DNA of 11,705 nucleotides from Candidatus Undinarchaeota archaeon (lineage in GTDB: Archaea > SpSt-1190). The position numbers and the translations under genes were made by a program. The stretch lies in NCBI GenBank assembly GCA_964549355.1, contig CAZJUS010000025.1, positions 1-11,705 of the forward strand, given 5' to 3'. This document shows positions 8,186-11,705 of the stretch, piece after piece. Position 1 is the first letter of the stretch; every line of letters starts with the position of its first letter. The notes under the pieces are model-generated. The model had not been told where the DNA came from, searched no databases, and was given only the letters and a program-made list of their open reading frames with translations.

Positions 8186-8249
8186 GCCCCGGCCGAGCCG
8201 ACTGCGAACAGTTACCCTTCCCGACCCAAGTACGGAATTTGTACGGGGC
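8186..8249 (-). ncRNA. Candidate structured RNA element, family unassigned
   Basis: - strand GCCCC-GUAC(AAAUUCC)GUAC-UUGGGUCG-GGAAGGGUA-ACUG(UUCG)CAGU-CGGCUCGG-CC-GGGGC. Nested stems; the G:U pairs work only on this strand; UUCG loop; GC-rich island in AT-rich intergenic DNA. Confidence 0.4.
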
Positions 8250-8321
8250 CTGACCTTAAAGAATTCTACGCTTAGTTCTTATGAAAATGCAAAATACTTT
8301 GTGAATTGTTGGTGCGTGGAT

Positions 8322-8362
8322 TTCTGAAGCTAGGCATTCAGAAGCAAAGATGCCTTCTGAAG
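8322..8362. repeat. Three copies of TTCWGAAG (palindromic TTC-W-GAA core)
   Basis: TTCTGAAG 8322-8329, TTCAGAAG 8337-8344, TTCTGAAG 8355-8362. 8337-8344 and 8354-8361 form a perfect 8-bp inverted repeat. Confidence 0.55.
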
Positions 8363-8400
8363 ATATGAACACGAAGGGGGAGTTTATGGGCAACTCATGC

Positions 8401-8420
8401 AAACCAAAGAATTTTATTAT
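8401..8420 (+). promoter_or_regulatory. BRE/TATA-like promoter for the helicase-nuclease
   Basis: Purine-rich AAAGAA followed by TTTTATTA (8412-8419), 20-27 nt upstream of in-frame ATG 8439. Confidence 0.45.
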
Positions 8421-8438
8421 TCCACCGATTTGAATGAA

Positions 8439-11036
8439 ATGTTCCCCTCCATCAACGATGAAAAAAACAAAGTTCTCCAGCACGATGGAAACTCCCGCGT
8501 GGTGGCGAACCCTGGAACAGGCAAGACCTTACTTCTTGCATATAAGTACTGCCAGCTCGTCCAGAGCGGCATTCCCCCTGACCAGATACTTTGCCTCACG
8601 TTTACCCGCAAGGCAAGGGCGGAAATGGAAGACCGCATCCGCAATGTCTTGAAAAATGAAATGGTGAAGTTACACATCCCCAACGTTTACACCTTCCACT
8701 CATTCGCCCACGACACGCTTAATGAGACGAACATCGTCTCCTCCAACATTATGAGGTACGTGATTTTCAAATTCCTGAAAAAGCACGAAGTGTTTTCCTA
8801 TGGGGATAATTACTTGCTTGGCACAATCGTACCTCGGATTGAGAATCTCCTGCGCTACTTGAAGAATTTCAACATAATTGCAGACACACTCAATTCTGAT
8901 ATGCTGAAAGCGAATTTGCCAGAGTCAAAGTTCGAGCGTGAAGATTTGGAGCAGTTTGCCGGGTGGTTTGTGGAAATCTTCAAAGAATATGAGCGCGTCA
9001 AATTCAAGAAAGGCAAGGACTATGCAGATTTGCTCATTGAGTTCTTGAAGCTCAAGAATCCCCCGAGGTTCAAGTGGGTGCTTGTTGATGAGTTGCAGGA
9101 TGTGAACAAGCTTGAAGCGGAGATTGTGCGGAGGTGCGCGGAGAATTTCTTCGTGGTGGGGGATAAGAAGCAGGCAATATTTGGGTTCCAGGGCGGGTCT
9201 ATGTACAATTTTTCAATGTTCGAACCTGCGAAGGAATTCGTACTCAAGGAGAACTTCCGCAGCACCAATGAGATTCTGCGCTACGCCTCCGAGTATTTCA
9301 AGAAAAGCAAGGATGAGCGCATGCGTTCAGAAGTGGAAGGCCTCGCCAATCCTGGAGCGGAAAAAGGGGAAAAGCCAAAGGTGTTTAGGATTGAAAAAGG
9401 TGATGAAGACCTGATTGCAAGCTTCATCACAACCCTACAAGGGCGAGTGTGCGTAGTGGCGCGGACGAACGCGCAGGTGCAAAAGCTCTCACGCAGGCTG
9501 AGGGAAATGGGAGTGCCGCACGAAACCACTTATGACTCTGCAAGCAGCTATGTCAAGGGGCAAATCATAGCATTCATAAAAGGCCTGCTGAGCAACGAGC
9601 CTAAGGACTTGCAGCAAGCCCTGTTGACTCCTTTCTTCCCCGCGCCGATTCAAGAGGTGTTTGAATTCCTCGAGCGCGGAGGAGACCCACTCAAAGCGTT
9701 TCCTCGATTCCGGGAGCTTCGTGGGCGAGCCAAGTGTCTGGCAGATCTTGTGGAGGTGCTTGAGGATGTGGTGCTTCCGGTGGCGGTTGCCCACGGAAAG
9801 GAGTGGGTGCTCGCCACGCAGAACATTGCGGGCGCCCTGGAAGATGCGCAAGAAGTGGCTGAACGCATTGGGGAACTTGAGGCATTTCTCCAAAGCTCGG
9901 ACCTGCTCGCAGATGAGCTGGCTGCGGACAGCAAGCTGACCCTGACCACCGTCCACAAGGCGAAAGGGAAGCAGTGGGACACTGTGATTTACTGGCCATC
10001 AAAACCCCACAACCAGACCAGCCACGCGGATATTGTGGCGGAAGCTGCCCTGCTGTCGCAAGGGATTGACACGCGCGAGGAACTTGAAGAGGAATGCCTG
10101 CGCATAGATTTCGTTGCCATGACCCGCGCGAAGAAACGGCTGTACATATTCACGGAAAAGCCGGACGGCTACCTGAACGAGTTTGCTGAGTTTGAGAAGC
10201 TGTCGCTTGAAAGGCGGGCGGGCAGCACTCAGGAGCGGCTTAAGGAGGCCTTTGCACTTTTCGTAAATGGGGAGCTGGAGGCAGCGAAACGCTTGCTTGA
10301 GCGCGAGGAAAAGTGGTTCTTGCCTTACCTGAAGAGCTATTTCTCCCGGCTCAACCACATCTCTTTTTCACAGCTACTGCCCCCTGAAGACTACCTGCTC
10401 AAAAAAGTGCTGTGCATTAGTTCGCGTAACCCTGCAATTGACCTCGGAACGAGAGTGCACGAGTTCGTGAACAAGAGGCTCAAGGATGAGCCCGCGGGAG
10501 AGATACCTGATGAGATTGCCGGCAATATTGAAAATCTACTCAGCAGGATCCAACGCAAGTTTCCCCGCATGGTTGGAAGTGAACTTGTCTTCACGCTCCC
10601 CGTCAATGAGATATTCGATGTAGAAGAAGAACTTCCGTTCACGGGAAAAATTGACGCTGTTTTCACCAATGGAGATGAACATCTTATAGTGGACTGGAAA
10701 ACCTCCGCACGGGAGAAAGGTTCAGATTACCGCCAGCAGCTCGCAGTCTACCGCCGCGCGTATTCCGTGCAATACGGCGTGCCTGAGGAAAAAATTAAGG
10801 TAGCAATTGGATATGTAGCACTGCGCAAGCGCATTAATGACGGGCACTTCTATGCGAATCTGGACGAGAGGCAACCTGCTCCCTCTGCAATTAGGACTGT
10901 GGAAGGAAAAGTGCGCACCCTCCTTGAGTGGAAGGAAGACCCGGGCAGGTTCATTGGGGCCCTAAAGAAAACCTGTAAAGATAATTTAGTTGTAAAGAGG
11001 TTGATTGAAGTCACAGCGGTGGATGATCTTGTCTAG
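8439..11036 (+). CDS. UvrD/Rep-type SF1A helicase fused to a C-terminal RecB-family PD-(D/E)XK nuclease (AddA/AdnA-like architecture)
   Basis: Motifs I ANPGTGKT, Ia LTFTRKA, Ib TFHSF, II VDELQD, III VGDKKQAIFGFQG, IV ENFRS, IVa ARTN, V TVHKAKGKQW, VI FVAMTRAK. Nuclease motifs GTRVH, E, GKIDAV, IVDWKT, QLAVY. Start at ATG 8439 (865 aa) or ATG 8397 (879 aa). Confidence 0.93.
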   Translation: MFPSINDEKNKVLQHDGNSRVVANPGTGKTLLLAYKYCQLVQSGIPPDQILCLTFTRKARAEMEDRIRNVLKNEMVKLHIPNVYTFHSFAHDTLNETNIVSSNIMRYVIFKFLKKHEVFSYGDNYLLGTIVPRIENLLRYLKNFNIIADTLNSDMLKANLPESKFEREDLEQFAGWFVEIFKEYERVKFKKGKDYADLLIEFLKLKNPPRFKWVLVDELQDVNKLEAEIVRRCAENFFVVGDKKQAIFGFQGGSMYNFSMFEPAKEFVLKENFRSTNEILRYASEYFKKSKDERMRSEVEGLANPGAEKGEKPKVFRIEKGDEDLIASFITTLQGRVCVVARTNAQVQKLSRRLREMGVPHETTYDSASSYVKGQIIAFIKGLLSNEPKDLQQALLTPFFPAPIQEVFEFLERGGDPLKAFPRFRELRGRAKCLADLVEVLEDVVLPVAVAHGKEWVLATQNIAGALEDAQEVAERIGELEAFLQSSDLLADELAADSKLTLTTVHKAKGKQWDTVIYWPSKPHNQTSHADIVAEAALLSQGIDTREELEEECLRIDFVAMTRAKKRLYIFTEKPDGYLNEFAEFEKLSLERRAGSTQERLKEAFALFVNGELEAAKRLLEREEKWFLPYLKSYFSRLNHISFSQLLPPEDYLLKKVLCISSRNPAIDLGTRVHEFVNKRLKDEPAGEIPDEIAGNIENLLSRIQRKFPRMVGSELVFTLPVNEIFDVEEELPFTGKIDAVFTNGDEHLIVDWKTSAREKGSDYRQQLAVYRRAYSVQYGVPEEKIKVAIGYVALRKRINDGHFYANLDERQPAPSAIRTVEGKVRTLLEWKEDPGRFIGALKKTCKDNLVVKRLIEVTAVDDLV

Positions 11037-11038
11037 AC
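11029..11038 (-). repeat. Truncated terminal CRISPR repeat remnant overlapping the helicase-nuclease stop codon
   Basis: TTGTCTAGAC is identical to the last 10 nt of the repeat as read on +. It lies exactly one spacer length (28 nt, 11039-11066) before the first full repeat. Confidence 0.8.
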
Positions 11039-11066
11039 TGCTTGTAAAGTCGTAAATCCAAATAGT

Positions 11067-11705
11067 ATCCACGACAGTAGAAATTAAACAATTTGTCTAG
11101 ACCAACTATTTCACCATACGCCCATATTATCTACAACAGTAGAAATTAAACAATTTGTCTAGACAGTCAAGGTAAAAGTGCAGGGTATAAGCAGATCTAC
11201 AACAGTAGAAATTAAACAATTTGTCTAGACCTGAACGGGGGATGGTGTTATTTATTGGTTTCATCTACAACAGTAGAAATTAAACAATTTGTCTAGACCC
11301 GCAGAAAGATGGGAGAAATTGCCTTCGGATCTACAACAGTAGAAATTAAACAATTTGTCTAGACCCAAATGATACCCCAACTGACGACCAGCATCTACAA
11401 CAGTAGAAATTAAACAATTTGTCTAGACCCCTATGTGCAGACCGCTAACTTACGAATCTACAACAGTAGAAATTAAACAATTTGTCTAGACTGAATTACT
11501 CGGGAGAATATGGAATAACTGATCTACAACAGTAGAAATTAAACAATTTGTCTAGACCGATTACCGTCTTGTTGGCCTTGCTCGCATCTACAACAGTAGA
11601 AATTAAACAATTTGTCTAGACCAGGATAAGTGAAAGGCAAAAAACTGTAAATCTACAACAGTAGAAATTAAACAATTTGTCTAGACCCAAATGATACCCC
11701 AACTG
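11067..11705 (-). CRISPR. CRISPR array with a Cas12a (type V-A)-class 36-nt repeat; trailer end, truncated by the window edge
   Basis: Ten repeats start at 11067 (2 substitutions), 11129, 11195, 11263, 11329, 11393, 11456, 11522, 11586 and 11651. - strand consensus is GTCTAGACAAATTGTTTAATTTCTACTGTTGTAGAT, whose 3' AATTTCTACTGTTGTAGAT is the canonical Cas12a crRNA handle. Spacers are 26-32 nt. Degenerate copies on the left mark the trailer. Confidence 0.98.

Noticed and set aside
8186..8256. tRNA, SRP helix 8 (GUCAGGCCC...GGAAGGG), 5S rRNA or HDV-like ribozyme identity for the structured element
   Set aside because: No T-loop/anticodon cloverleaf. The SRP-like words are separated by 24 nt and lack AGCAG. 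The 5S resemblance is short, and the HDV double-pseudoknot order could not be built.
6143..8275. Long + strand ORFs opposite mgtE/grx/trx, and - strand ORFs opposite the operon and helicase
   Set aside because: Antisense or alternate-frame shadows of well-supported genes, with no motifs.
8250..8440. tracrRNA or anti-repeat, and the 75-aa - strand ORF 8256-8483
   Set aside because: No complementarity to the repeat was seen and Cas12a-class systems need no tracrRNA. The ORF overlaps the helicase start and has no recognisable motif.
10350..10900. Calling the nuclease domain Cas4 because it is next to the array
   Set aside because: No four-Cys Fe-S pattern; it is a RecB-type domain fused to an SF1A helicase.

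Overview
Archaeal-looking chromosomal window (Pth2, archaeal-type thioredoxins and TATA-like boxes about 25 nt before start codons; a DPANN-like lineage is inference only). Left to right: the 5' part of pth2 (- strand, missing from the ORF track); a six-gene overlapping + strand operon (Cys-paired Ig-like surface protein, DUF4129-like membrane protein, exported membrane-anchored protein, MoxR AAA+ ATPase, membrane DUF58 protein, small 2-TM protein); a convergent - strand trx / glutaredoxin-like / mgtE cluster; an intergenic region holding an unassigned structured-RNA candidate; a single-chain UvrD-type SF1A helicase fused to a RecB-family PD-(D/E)XK nuclease; and the trailer end of a CRISPR array with a Cas12a (type V-A)-class repeat, transcribed on the - strand and running off the right edge. 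No cas gene is visible. The most notable points are that the helicase-nuclease stop codon lies inside a remnant CRISPR repeat, that one spacer partly matches the mgtE start region with only G:U-compatible mismatches, the structured element at 8186-8249, and a duplicated spacer.
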